Shown here: piece after piece, positions 18,574 through 28,362 of the stretch
Layout: every line of letters starts with the position of its first letter
Position numbering within the stretch: the first letter of the stretch is position 1
From: Candidatus Aenigmatarchaeota archaeon
GTDB lineage: Archaea; Aenigmatarchaeota; Aenigmatarchaeia; CG10238-14; SpSt-28
Length of the DNA: 55,520 nucleotides
Assembly: GCA_039000985.1 (NCBI GenBank)
Contig: JAWBMD010000005.1
Location: 1-55,520 of the forward strand
Direction: 5' to 3'
Notes under the pieces: model-generated
Databases searched by the model: none
What the model was told of the DNA's origin: nothing
The model's input: only the letters and a program-made list of their open reading frames with translations
Program-made: the position numbers and the translations under genes

Positions 18574-19515
18574 TTACCAAATGTTTTCAGCTTTTCTGAT
18601 ATCATAAATAGTTTTTTCTATAGCATCTATTATTTTTGTTTTTGGATGCCATCCAAAACTTTTAGCTTTGGAAATATCTAGAAGCATTAATGAAACATCA
18701 CCAGACCAACCTCTTTCACCACCAGTAAATTTAAAATTTGGATTTAATCCTAGATTTTTACAAATAATTTCTGCTATTTTTCTAACCTCAATCCAATCCT
18801 CTAAACCAATATTAAAAATTTCAAAATTGCTATTACATTTTTTAGCTATTAATATCATTGCATCTATACAATCATCAATATAAATATAAGATTTTTTCTG
18901 ATTTCCATTTCCAAGAATTTCCAACTCATTTGGATTTTTTCTCAATTTATTTATAAAATCATAAATTACCCCATGTGTCATTCTTGGACCAATTACATTT
19001 GCTATTCTAAAAATTAAAGCTTTCATATCAAACATATGGCAATAAGTAGAAATTAAAGCTTCACAAGCTAATTTTGAAGCACCATATAAAGAAATTGGAA
19101 TTAAAGTGGAATGGTTTTCTGGAGTTGGTATGACTTTAGCCTCCCCATATACAGTAGAAGATGATGTAAAGAAAATTTTCCTCACATTATTTTTTCTCAT
19201 TGCCTCCAAAACATTATATGTTGCCAAAATATTTTGCTCTATATCTATTCTAGTATTTTTTAAACCAGACCTTACATCAGAATTAGCAGCTAAATGCCAT
19301 ACTTCATCAATATTTTTAAAACAATAACTTATTTCATCCTTTACTAAATCTAATTGATAAAACTTAAAATTTGGGTTAGAAAAATGTGCTTGAATATTTT
19401 CCTTTTTACCACTACTTAAATTATCTATAACAATAACCTCATTACCCTCTTTTATTAACCTATCAACCAAATGAGAACCTATAAACCCTGCTCCTCCTGT
19501 AACTAAAATTCTCAT
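18574..19515 (-). CDS. NAD-dependent epimerase/dehydratase (UDP-glucose 4-epimerase-like)
   Basis: ILVTGGAGFIGSHLVDRL and YGASKLACE. 313 aa. Confidence 0.85.
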   Translation of the reverse strand: MRILVTGGAGFIGSHLVDRLIKEGNEVIVIDNLSSGKKENIQAHFSNPNFKFYQLDLVKDEISYCFKNIDEVWHLAANSDVRSGLKNTRIDIEQNILATYNVLEAMRKNNVRKIFFTSSSTVYGEAKVIPTPENHSTLIPISLYGASKLACEALISTYCHMFDMKALIFRIANVIGPRMTHGVIYDFINKLRKNPNELEILGNGNQKKSYIYIDDCIDAMILIAKKCNSNFEIFNIGLEDWIEVRKIAEIICKNLGLNPNFKFTGGERGWSGDVSLMLLDISKAKSFGWHPKTKIIDAIEKTIYDIRKAENIW

Positions 19516-19550
19516 GAATATTATATTAAACTTTTAAATAATATATATTT

Positions 19551-20000
19551 GTGCCAACTTTAACAACAGGATATATAAAAGCAACTGGATTTGGAGTAAA
19601 AATAAGAAAAGCACTTTTTGCAGCAAGAAAAGTAAACTTTCCAAATATACCAAATGAAAAAATAGCACAAGTAGTTGGAGAAATAAACCAGAAAATATTT
19701 GAAGCATTGCAAAAGCTTTCTGTAGGTAGAGATGATGTTTTAAAAATTCAATTCGATTATAATATAGAGGGAGATAATATAAAGATAGATTATAATACAT
19801 TGCAAATCAAAGTATTCAAACCAATAGAAGAATCATTAAGAAAAATATTTGACAATCCAGAAGAAAAGAAAATAATAGAAAAAGTAATTGGAGAGCTTAA
19901 GAAATATAATGAAGAAATGATAAAAATTTCAAACGATATGCTTCAACTAATAACAGAAATCGAAAGAGTTTATCAAGCACAAATAGCTAATCAAAAATAA
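19551..20000 (+). CDS. Hypothetical protein with C-terminal coiled coil
   Basis: 149-aa ORF. The opposite-strand ORF 19534..19800 is a low-complexity shadow. Its 3' end overlaps the HerA-like gene by 10 nt. I do not recognise the family confidently. Confidence 0.5.
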   Translation: MPTLTTGYIKATGFGVKIRKALFAARKVNFPNIPNEKIAQVVGEINQKIFEALQKLSVGRDDVLKIQFDYNIEGDNIKIDYNTLQIKVFKPIEESLRKIFDNPEEKKIIEKVIGELKKYNEEMIKISNDMLQLITEIERVYQAQIANQK

Positions 20001-21421
20001 GAATTTTCAAATTCAGAAATTAAGTCAGAAAAACTTTTAGATATTGCACTACTTATTGTTTTTTCTTTTATTTTTACCAATATTGGAAATCTAACAACTT
20101 CTCCACAAACAAATGCTTCTCCTATTGACAAAGATGTTAACATGCTTAACTCTTCACTACTCAATTGTTCAACACTTCTACCAACATGATCTATATCATA
20201 TGGATTACTTAAATGCATGATTATTTTTGTATCACATTGACTTAAAGCTGTTTTGCTAAGCTGTATTGGTCTTTGTGATATTAAAACTAATGATAAACCA
20301 AACTTTCTTCCTTCTCTTGCAATTGTTTCTATTATTCCTTTTGATAAAGCATTAAATTTATCTTCTTGTTCGGGAGCAAATTGATGACTTTCTTCTATGA
20401 AAATTATAGCTGGTGGAATTTTATTTGCAATTCTTAAATTAAATAAATTTCTCAACAATAAAGAAACAAAAGTTTGTTTTTTTCTCAAGCTAGTTGTTTG
20501 AGATATATCGAAATTTAAAATTTTGCTTGGCTTTACCTCTTCTTCCAAAACAGGAAAAGAAACTTTATCAAAAAGATTTGTTAAGGCTAAATTTTCTAAA
20601 GATGAAAGCATTGGTGCTTTAACATTTTCATTTATCCTACTTCTCTCTACTTCCAAAATCAAATCATTAAAATCAAAAATTTTCTTTTTCTCTTTTAAAT
20701 TTCTAACAATTTTTTTCAGCTCTCTTTTTCCAACTTCTGTTAATTCTGGTAGAACTTCATAAATTCTTTCCTCACTTAAATTATAAACAGCAAATCTAAC
20801 TTCTTCTATAGAAAAATTTTTAAACTTTTGTGGAAAATAATTTTGAAAATGTTTATATTCACCATGTGTATCTATTATCAAAATAGCTGGAAATTTATTT
20901 TCACTTTTTAAAAATTCCTCAAGCATTACTTGAACAGTATAACTTTTTCCATATCCAGATTGAGCAATTATTGCACAATGTTTTCTAAAAAGTTTATCAA
21001 TGTTTAACTTAACATCAACATTGTTAGATTTTATATATCCAATATGAATACCATTTTTATCCAAACCCAAAACTTTCTCCACATTTTCCTTTTCTAAATA
21101 TTCAACAATACTACCAACTCTAACAACTTTATTAACTCCTTTTATTTCACCATTTTCAAGCAAACAAATATTTCTAGCCTTTGCCAAAATAACATCCCAT
21201 TTATCTACTGGTAATAAATCTTTAATATCTTTACCAGAATCGAAAAATTCTTTAACAGAAAAAATATTTGAATAATATTTGTTTGCACTAACAATTTCAA
21301 CAACTTTTGCAACAACATTATCTGCCTTAACAAAATCCCCTAAATTTATAGAAGTATTTGCAACAAACCAAAACTCTTTTGTATTTGGTGAATTTTCTAA
21401 AAATATTACTCTCCCTATCAT
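19991..21421 (-). CDS. HerA-like (DUF87) P-loop ATPase/helicase
   Basis: The N-terminal barrel-like region is GRVIFLENSPNTKEFWFV...VAKVVEIV. AIIAQSGYGKSYTVQ is Walker A and IIFIEESHQFAP is Walker B. REGRKFGLSLVLISQRPIQLSKTALSQCDTKIIMHLSNPYD is also present. Confidence 0.8.
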   Translation of the reverse strand: MIGRVIFLENSPNTKEFWFVANTSINLGDFVKADNVVAKVVEIVSANKYYSNIFSVKEFFDSGKDIKDLLPVDKWDVILAKARNICLLENGEIKGVNKVVRVGSIVEYLEKENVEKVLGLDKNGIHIGYIKSNNVDVKLNIDKLFRKHCAIIAQSGYGKSYTVQVMLEEFLKSENKFPAILIIDTHGEYKHFQNYFPQKFKNFSIEEVRFAVYNLSEERIYEVLPELTEVGKRELKKIVRNLKEKKKIFDFNDLILEVERSRINENVKAPMLSSLENLALTNLFDKVSFPVLEEEVKPSKILNFDISQTTSLRKKQTFVSLLLRNLFNLRIANKIPPAIIFIEESHQFAPEQEDKFNALSKGIIETIAREGRKFGLSLVLISQRPIQLSKTALSQCDTKIIMHLSNPYDIDHVGRSVEQLSSEELSMLTSLSIGEAFVCGEVVRFPILVKIKEKTISSAISKSFSDLISEFENSYF

Positions 21422-22044
21422 ATCAAATTCAATTTCAATATTCCATTGTTTACATAAAATGAAGTGTTTATAAAAGGTATTCCTGCTATTGTTTGTAAAG
21501 GTAATGAAAAATGAGAATGAGCATAAAAAACAATATTTGGCCTATTTTCCAAAATAATTTTTTCATATGAAGAAGAAGAAATAAACTTGCTTTTCTCTTT
21601 TTCGCTACTAATTAAAAGTTTTGGGCTTGGAACATAATGAATTAAAAGAATTGTTTGATAATATTTTTTGGATGATTTTAACTTTTCTTTAACAAATTTA
21701 ACCCTTTTTAAATGCAAATCTTCATCAAAATTTTCATCTGCACTACCTGTTGTACCTATGAACAAATATTTTCCAAATGTCATTGATTTATCATCCAAAA
21801 AATTTATTTTTTTGCAATTTTTCACTATTTCCTCTTTATTTTTTTCCATATTACCAAAAATTCCTATAAAATTTTTTGCAATATCCTTTATTTTATCATA
21901 AACTTCAAAATAGCTTGCTGTATCATTAGCTAAATCCCCTAATATTAAAAAAAGATCTACTTTTTCATCTATTCTATTTAAAGCATCTAAAAAGCTTTCT
22001 TTATTGTTTGGATAATGTAAACATCCAATTGCTAAAACTTTCAT
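21418..22044 (-). CDS. Small calcineurin-like metallophosphoesterase
   Basis: Motifs: GCLH in the motif I position, LILGDLAND, FGNME, LIHYVP and AHSH. It has 4-nt overlaps with guaB upstream and the HerA-like gene downstream. Confidence 0.7.
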   Translation of the reverse strand: MKVLAIGCLHYPNNKESFLDALNRIDEKVDLFLILGDLANDTASYFEVYDKIKDIAKNFIGIFGNMEKNKEEIVKNCKKINFLDDKSMTFGKYLFIGTTGSADENFDEDLHLKRVKFVKEKLKSSKKYYQTILLIHYVPSPKLLISSEKEKSKFISSSSYEKIILENRPNIVFYAHSHFSLPLQTIAGIPFINTSFYVNNGILKLNLI

Positions 22045-23495
22045 ATAAATTCTATTTCTGGTAAGCTTTCTTTTATTCTATTAACTTTAACAAACTCAGC
22101 ATTTCCTATTAATTCTTTAACACTTTTAACACCACAATAACTTAAACCACTTCTTAAACCATTTACCAATTGAGTTATAACATCTTTAACAGAACCTCTA
22201 TATGGAACTATTGCTTCTAAACCTTCCGGCACATAATCCAAAAATTCTTCATCTAAAATTTTTTCCTCTCTAATTTTTCTTTCAATATTTGCTAATGAAG
22301 AAGCCATTCCTTTATAAAATTTATATTTTTTACCATTTCTAACTATTAAAACACCAGGACTTTCATCTGTACCTGCTAATAAACTACCTATCATTACAGA
22401 GCTAGCACCAGCTCCAATAGCTTTTACAATATCACCAGAATTCTTTATACCACCATCAGCTATTAACGGAATATTTTCCTTTTTAGCAACCTTACTACAT
22501 TCTAATAAAGCTGTTATTTGCGGAACACCACAACCAGTAACAATCCTTGTTATACATATGCTTCCACTACCAATACCAACTTTTACAGCATCTGCACCAG
22601 CGTTAATTAAATCTTTAGTTCCTTCTGCAGTAGCAACATTTCCGGCTATTAAACAAAGTTTATCACCAAACTCCTTTCTTATTTCTTTAATTGTTTTAAT
22701 AGCTTGCTCTGAATGACCATGTGCTATATCTAAAACTATAACATCTGTTTCGCATTCAATCAAAGCTTTTGTTCTTTCATACCAATCCTTTATTCCAATT
22801 GCTGCTCCAACTATTAATCTACCTTTTTTATCTTTACTTGCATTTGGATGCATTTTTAAGCTAATCAAATCCTTTAATGTTATTAAACCTTTTATAAAAC
22901 CTTTTTTATCAATTAATGGTAGTTTTTCAATTTTATGCTTTTTAAAAATTTTGAAAGCCTCATCGATCGAAATACCATAATTAGCGAAAATTAAATCTTT
23001 CCTCTTTGTCATCACATTTTCTACTTTTTCGTTTTCATCAGCAAGCAAAACATCTCTTCTTGTTATTATTCCAACTAATTTACCATTTTCTTCAACAAGC
23101 AAACCATTTACATTAAACTTTTCCATTTCCTCTTTAGCTTCTTTAACAGTTTTTGTTTTTTTAATAGTATATGGTTCTTCTATTACTATATTTTCTGCTC
23201 TTTTAACTTTTTTAACTTCTTCAACTTGCTCATTTATTGACATAAATCTATGTATTATACCAATACCGCCTTCTCTTGCCATGGCTATTGCCATTTTATA
23301 CTCAGTTACATTTACCATATTTGCAGAAATAATAGGAATTTTAATTGTTAAATCCTTAGCTAAAATAGTTGAAGTATCTGTTTCTTTTCTACTACTTACT
23401 ACAGATTTTTTAGAAATAATTAAAACATCATCGAATCCAAGTGCTTCCTCCACCAAAGATTTATTAATGTATTTAAATTTATTTTTATAAACCAA
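22041..23495 (-). CDS. guaB: Inosine-5'-monophosphate dehydrogenase with CBS pair
   Basis: GGIGIIHRF, a CBS-like insert, and the catalytic loop IGSGSICITRIVTGCGVPQ. TTG start as given in the track. Confidence 0.95.
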   Translation of the reverse strand: MVYKNKFKYINKSLVEEALGFDDVLIISKKSVVSSRKETDTSTILAKDLTIKIPIISANMVNVTEYKMAIAMAREGGIGIIHRFMSINEQVEEVKKVKRAENIVIEEPYTIKKTKTVKEAKEEMEKFNVNGLLVEENGKLVGIITRRDVLLADENEKVENVMTKRKDLIFANYGISIDEAFKIFKKHKIEKLPLIDKKGFIKGLITLKDLISLKMHPNASKDKKGRLIVGAAIGIKDWYERTKALIECETDVIVLDIAHGHSEQAIKTIKEIRKEFGDKLCLIAGNVATAEGTKDLINAGADAVKVGIGSGSICITRIVTGCGVPQITALLECSKVAKKENIPLIADGGIKNSGDIVKAIGAGASSVMIGSLLAGTDESPGVLIVRNGKKYKFYKGMASSLANIERKIREEKILDEEFLDYVPEGLEAIVPYRGSVKDVITQLVNGLRSGLSYCGVKSVKELIGNAEFVKVNRIKESLPEIEFI

Positions 23496-23699
23496 GAATT
23501 TTTTAGCTCTTTTGGATATTCGCCCTTAACTTCTAAAGCTTTTTGTTTAACAGAAAAAAAGGATTTGTTAAAGTCATTAATATTTTAATATTTCCATTTT
23601 TCTGAAATTTTGTATATCTACTATATTAACTGGTATTTCTGGATTAAAGCACTCTCTTAGCTTTTTATTTATTTTTAACTCACAATACTTTTAGACACT

Positions 23700-23915
23700 T
23701 TATAAGCTTCGTAACCCAAGTATGAAAGAAGCTAAAAACACTCTTACTACTATTATCAGTATAATTAACTCTCTAGCAATTCCTACAATTAATAACTTTC
23801 TTCCAAAGTGCTTATTCTTATTTTCAACCAACAAATACCCTGCTAAACCACCTAATAAACCAAATATAATTGGTAAAAGATAGTAAAGTCTGCTTGGTTT
23901 TTCTTTTTCTACCAT
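23700..23915 (-). CDS. Small two-helix membrane protein
   Basis: 71-aa ORF with two hydrophobic segments. No recognisable family. Confidence 0.4.
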   Translation of the reverse strand: MVEKEKPSRLYYLLPIIFGLLGGLAGYLLVENKNKHFGRKLLIVGIARELIILIIVVRVFLASFILGLRSL

Positions 23916-23948
23916 AATTTTAATTATTTTTCAAGAAATATATACTTT

Positions 23949-25853
23949 ATGAAAAGAGAAATAGAAGTATTCATATGGATATTTTTAATACTGATCTTTT
24001 TGTTAAATTTACATGTATCGTTTAAATCACCAATAAGCTTTGGAGATGAAGGATTTCATTCCTTTGTAGCAAATTATATAGCTAAAAAATTAGAATATCC
24101 TGCCTATATTAAAGAAACAGGAGGAGAAACTTATTTAACATTTGAAAGACCTCCATTTTGGAATATATTTGAAGCAAGCTTTATTTTCATTTTTAGATTT
24201 ATAGATGATAGCATTATAATAAAATTTTTAACACCATTTTTAACTTTTTTGCTTGGCTTATTTACATTTTATTTAGCAAGAAGAGCTTTTAATGAAATTA
24301 TAGCTTTGATAACTTCTATTCTAATATCAACAATACCTTCAATTGTTACATATGCTGTCCTTTTTTATACAGATATATTAGCAACACTCTTTTACACTTT
24401 GTTTTTCTTTTTATTTTTAATTGGATATAAAGAAAAGAACAAAAAATTTTTAATATTAAGTGCTGTTTTTGCTGGTTTTGCTTTTTTAACAAAAGTAAAT
24501 TCAATAGTTTTATTTGCTTTTTATCCTTTAGTTTTTTTAATAAACAAAAAAGATTTTAAACTATATTTACAATGCTTTCTAATATTGCTTTTAGTAACAT
24601 CTGGCTATTTCATAAGAAATTATTTTGAATATGGAACACCATTTTGTAGAGAAATTCCTTTAATAGGAAAATATTTATTTGACTTAGAAAAATGTAAAAA
24701 AGAAATATATAAAAGCAAATATAGCTTTGAAGGAAGAACAGAAGAAGTTGGTTCTGAAATGAGTGTTTTTAGAATGGGTATTACAAATTATTTAAAATTT
24801 GCTTATGGTGATATAGATCAAGCACAATACTATATTCCATTTCTTTTCTTTTTTGCTGGAATTCTTTTCTCTTTAGTATCGAAAGAAAAATACTTCCGAG
24901 AAATAATACTTATTAATCTTTTATTTTTCTTAATCATATTTTTCTCATCAACAGGTAGAAGTGAAGATACAGCAAGATATACATTAATTTTTGCTCCTGT
25001 AATAGTTTTGATACCATCAATATTTGTTAATGAGTTCTTTGAAAGATATAAAAAGAAAAATTTCCTTCTTTTATTTGTTCCTATTTTTTTCCTCTTGCTC
25101 TACTTTTCAAAAAATATTGTTGCTACAATAATTTCGCTTATATTACTAATAACATCAATTCATTTTTACTTAAAAAAGAAGAAAGAAGAATTTACAATAC
25201 TTACATCTATTGCTACAATAATAATAGTTTCATCAAGTATTTTAACAAACATTAATAGCTTAAACTTAATAATTCTTTACCCAGTAATAATACTCTTAAC
25301 AATTTTTTTAATCGGATATTTTATAACCAAAAAACTTTATGAAAATGCTTGCTTAATAATTTTAATATTTTGTGTAGCTATAATTAGTATACAAAACTTT
25401 AATGATAAGCTTACTACAATGGAATCTGTAAAAAGATTTTCTAATTTATTTTTTGAAGCTTGTGAATGGGTAAAAAATAATTTGCCGGAAAATTCAAAGC
25501 TTATGACAATATGGGCATCTAGAGCTTTATATAATTGCAAAAGAAGTGCAGTTTCAAATATTGCTGATATAAGTGCTTCAAGAGATATAAATATAACATT
25601 AAAAGCAATAAATGAAATAGGGATAACCCATATATTTATACAAAAATTTAGCATTGGTAATAGGGATTTGGTAGAATCTCAAAATATAGAATTTGTTAGA
25701 TTTTTAGAAAGAAATAATAATTATTTCAAAAAAGTTTTTGAAAATCCAGTAAATGATGCATGCTTTGAAAATTGTTTGAATGGAATTTATATTGAATTGT
25801 ATGGTAGATGTCCTTGTGATGGTAATATAATTTATGAGGTAGTAAAAAGCTGA
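23949..25853 (+). CDS. GT-C fold membrane glycosyltransferase (PMT/ArnT-like)
   Basis: 634 aa with many TM helices. FGDEGFH sits in the first loop, resembling the acidic loop-1 motif of PMT/ArnT-type enzymes. The C-terminal ~150 aa look soluble. I saw no WWDYG-type AglB motif. Confidence 0.55.
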   Translation: MKREIEVFIWIFLILIFLLNLHVSFKSPISFGDEGFHSFVANYIAKKLEYPAYIKETGGETYLTFERPPFWNIFEASFIFIFRFIDDSIIIKFLTPFLTFLLGLFTFYLARRAFNEIIALITSILISTIPSIVTYAVLFYTDILATLFYTLFFFLFLIGYKEKNKKFLILSAVFAGFAFLTKVNSIVLFAFYPLVFLINKKDFKLYLQCFLILLLVTSGYFIRNYFEYGTPFCREIPLIGKYLFDLEKCKKEIYKSKYSFEGRTEEVGSEMSVFRMGITNYLKFAYGDIDQAQYYIPFLFFFAGILFSLVSKEKYFREIILINLLFFLIIFFSSTGRSEDTARYTLIFAPVIVLIPSIFVNEFFERYKKKNFLLLFVPIFFLLLYFSKNIVATIISLILLITSIHFYLKKKKEEFTILTSIATIIIVSSSILTNINSLNLIILYPVIILLTIFLIGYFITKKLYENACLIILIFCVAIISIQNFNDKLTTMESVKRFSNLFFEACEWVKNNLPENSKLMTIWASRALYNCKRSAVSNIADISASRDINITLKAINEIGITHIFIQKFSIGNRDLVESQNIEFVRFLERNNNYFKKVFENPVNDACFENCLNGIYIELYGRCPCDGNIIYEVVKS

Positions 25854-25883
25854 AATTTTATTACAGAAACTAAACTTTAATTA

Positions 25884-26759
25884 ATGGCAGAAACAATAGT
25901 TAAGCTATCTACATCTGTCTTTGGTTATTTATCATTTTTTTTAGCTACTTTATTCCCTGATTTGCAAAGCAATTTAAAAAAAGCAAAATATAAAAGAATG
26001 AGTTTTGAGCATATTTCTGTTTCTTTATTTTATGGTTTTTTATCATTTACAATTTCACTTCCATTTCTCTCAATAGTTACAAGTTTTTTTACTCAATCGG
26101 CAATAGTTGGTTATATGCTTTCCTTAATAATATCTTCTTCACTTTTTATTATGATTTTTTTTATTGTTTTAAGTTATCCAAAAGCTGTTGCTAAAAGTAT
26201 TAGTAAGGAAGTAGATAGCTATCTCCCATTTTTAGCTCTTAACATGTCACTTCTAGCTTCTGCAAAAATTCCATTTGATAGAATTATTTTAATGATTGGA
26301 AGATTAAAATTACCAAAAAAAGTAGAAAAAGAAATAAGCCCTTTAGTTTATGATATTGCTAATTTTGGCTTAGATGTAAGAAGAGCTATAGATAGAGAAA
26401 TAGAAAGGGTAGCTAGTGAAAATTTCAAAGAGCTTTTATATGGAATATCTTCTTTATTAAAAACGGGTGGAGATTTATCAAGCTTTTTAAGAGAGAAATC
26501 AAAAACATATATAGCAGAATATAGAAGAAAATTAATGGAATTTGCAAGAAAGCTTGGTGTTTTTACACAAATATATTTAATGTTAATAATAGTTGCATCA
26601 ATATTTTTAACTATATTATTAACTGTATTTGGTGCTATGCAAGAAATTGGTGAAACTGCAGTAATACTTCAATTCTTTTTAATAGCTGTTGTTATACCAA
26701 TGGTTTCAATAGCATTCATGTTCTTCCTTAAGTCAATAACACCAACAACACTTTATTAA
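25884..26759 (+). CDS. T2SS-F domain platform protein, FlaJ/TadB-C-like (first half)
   Basis: LPFLALNMSLLASAKIPFDRII...ISSLLKTGGDLSSFLREKS, followed by TM helices. Confidence 0.7.
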   Translation: MAETIVKLSTSVFGYLSFFLATLFPDLQSNLKKAKYKRMSFEHISVSLFYGFLSFTISLPFLSIVTSFFTQSAIVGYMLSLIISSSLFIMIFFIVLSYPKAVAKSISKEVDSYLPFLALNMSLLASAKIPFDRIILMIGRLKLPKKVEKEISPLVYDIANFGLDVRRAIDREIERVASENFKELLYGISSLLKTGGDLSSFLREKSKTYIAEYRRKLMEFARKLGVFTQIYLMLIIVASIFLTILLTVFGAMQEIGETAVILQFFLIAVVIPMVSIAFMFFLKSITPTTLY

Positions 26760-26760
26760 C

Positions 26761-27717
26761 ATGGAAAATAAAATAAAAATATTAATAGCTTCGCTAATAA
26801 TTTCAACTTTTTTAATATTGCTGGGAATAATAATGAACGATATAAGAATATTGGGAAATTCTTTCATAATCTCAATTGTTTTAATAATAGTTCCGCAATC
26901 AATATTTTATTATTTGGAATTTAGAGCAGCTAAAGAAATGGAGGAAAAATTTCCCGATTTTTTAAGAGATGTTGTTGAAAATATAAGAGCAGGAGTACCA
27001 TTATATCAAGCAATTTATTTTTGCTCTAAAAATGAGTATGGAAAGGCATTAACAAAAGAAGTAAGAAGAATGGCAAACAAAATAAGCTGGGGAATAAAGC
27101 TTGAAAAAGTTTTAGATGAATTTTCAAAAAGAGCTTATATTAGTAAAAAAATACCAATAGCTGTACAAATGATAAAAGAAGCTTACATTTCTGGCGGGGA
27201 TGTTGTAAATATTATGGAATATTTATCAGAAAGCTTAGTAGAAATAGAAAATGCAGAAAAGGAAAGAGCAAGCATTTTAAATCAATATGTATTTCTCATG
27301 TATACATTATCCATAATATTTTTAATAATAGTTGTTGCACTACATAGATTTTTAATTCCATTATTTTCAACAGTTGGAGGTGGAACTTTGCTTGAAGCGG
27401 GCAGAATGGAAAATCCTTGTATAAATTATGATTACACTGATATTTTGGGTAATTTTGTAAATGGAAATATTCCTGGATTTGTTTGTAGTTCCTTATATTT
27501 ATTTTCCTCTATACTATCCATAAATTTTGAAAATACATCCTCTTATTACTTAACACTATTCTTTTTAATGATAATAGTACAATCTACATTCTCTGGTTTA
27601 GTTGCTGGAGAAGTTTCTCATGGAAGCTTAAGAGCTGGAATAAGACATGCATTAACATTATTATTCATAAATTCTGGTATATTTATACTATTAGTCGGAC
27701 TAAAAATTCTTGTATAA
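26761..27717 (+). CDS. T2SS-F domain platform protein, FlaJ/TadB-C-like (second half)
   Basis: FPDFLRDVVENIRAGVPLYQAI...IKEAYISGGDVVNIMEYLSESL, plus TM helices. It starts 1 nt after the previous stop. Confidence 0.7.
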   Translation: MENKIKILIASLIISTFLILLGIIMNDIRILGNSFIISIVLIIVPQSIFYYLEFRAAKEMEEKFPDFLRDVVENIRAGVPLYQAIYFCSKNEYGKALTKEVRRMANKISWGIKLEKVLDEFSKRAYISKKIPIAVQMIKEAYISGGDVVNIMEYLSESLVEIENAEKERASILNQYVFLMYTLSIIFLIIVVALHRFLIPLFSTVGGGTLLEAGRMENPCINYDYTDILGNFVNGNIPGFVCSSLYLFSSILSINFENTSSYYLTLFFLMIIVQSTFSGLVAGEVSHGSLRAGIRHALTLLFINSGIFILLVGLKILV

Positions 27718-27741
27718 ATTTGATTTTTTAATACTAAAGTT

Positions 27742-28362
27742 ATGAGAGATATTAAAACTCTTGTTAATGAATTAAAATCATATGGTTTTATAAAATCAAA
27801 AGAAGTTGAAAATGCTTTTTTAAAAGTGCCAAGAGAATTGTTTGTGTCAGATGATTTAAAAGAAAGTGCATACTTAGATATTCCACTACCAATACCTGGT
27901 GGGGTCACAATATCTGCTCCACATATGCATGCTATATATCTGGAAAATCTGCAATTAAAAGAAAATGAAAAATTTTTAGAAATTGGATGCGGATCTGGTA
28001 TATTGTTGGTATATGCTTTTGAAATTGTTAAATCAACAGTATATGGAATAGAAATTAATAAAGAAACTTTTGAATTTTGTATGAAAAATCTTGAGAAGAC
28101 AAACTATTTAGATAAAGTTAAAATATTTTTAAAAGATGGGAAAGAAGGATTAGAAGAATATGCCCCATTTGATAAAATAGCAATAAGTGCATCTTGTAAA
28201 AAAATTGAAAAAGCATGGATAGATCAATTAAATAATGGCGGAAAACTAATAGCTCCTATAGGTAAAGCTTACGAATTTCAAAAGTTAGTGTTGATAGAAA
28301 AGAAGGATAAAAAAATTGTTAAGAAATATTTAATGGATGTAGCTTTTGTTGAACTTAAATGA
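27742..28362 (+). CDS. pcm: Protein-L-isoaspartate O-methyltransferase
   Basis: ISAPHMHAIYLENLQL...FLEIGCGSGILLVY...GGKLIAPIG. Confidence 0.85.
   Translation: MRDIKTLVNELKSYGFIKSKEVENAFLKVPRELFVSDDLKESAYLDIPLPIPGGVTISAPHMHAIYLENLQLKENEKFLEIGCGSGILLVYAFEIVKSTVYGIEINKETFEFCMKNLEKTNYLDKVKIFLKDGKEGLEEYAPFDKIAISASCKKIEKAWIDQLNNGGKLIAPIGKAYEFQKLVLIEKKDKKIVKKYLMDVAFVELK

Noticed and set aside
19534-19800. 88-aa minus-strand ORF overlapping 19551..20000
   Set aside because: Its product is L/Y/F-rich and low-complexity, typical of an antisense shadow in AT-rich DNA. The plus-strand ORF is longer and has protein-like composition.
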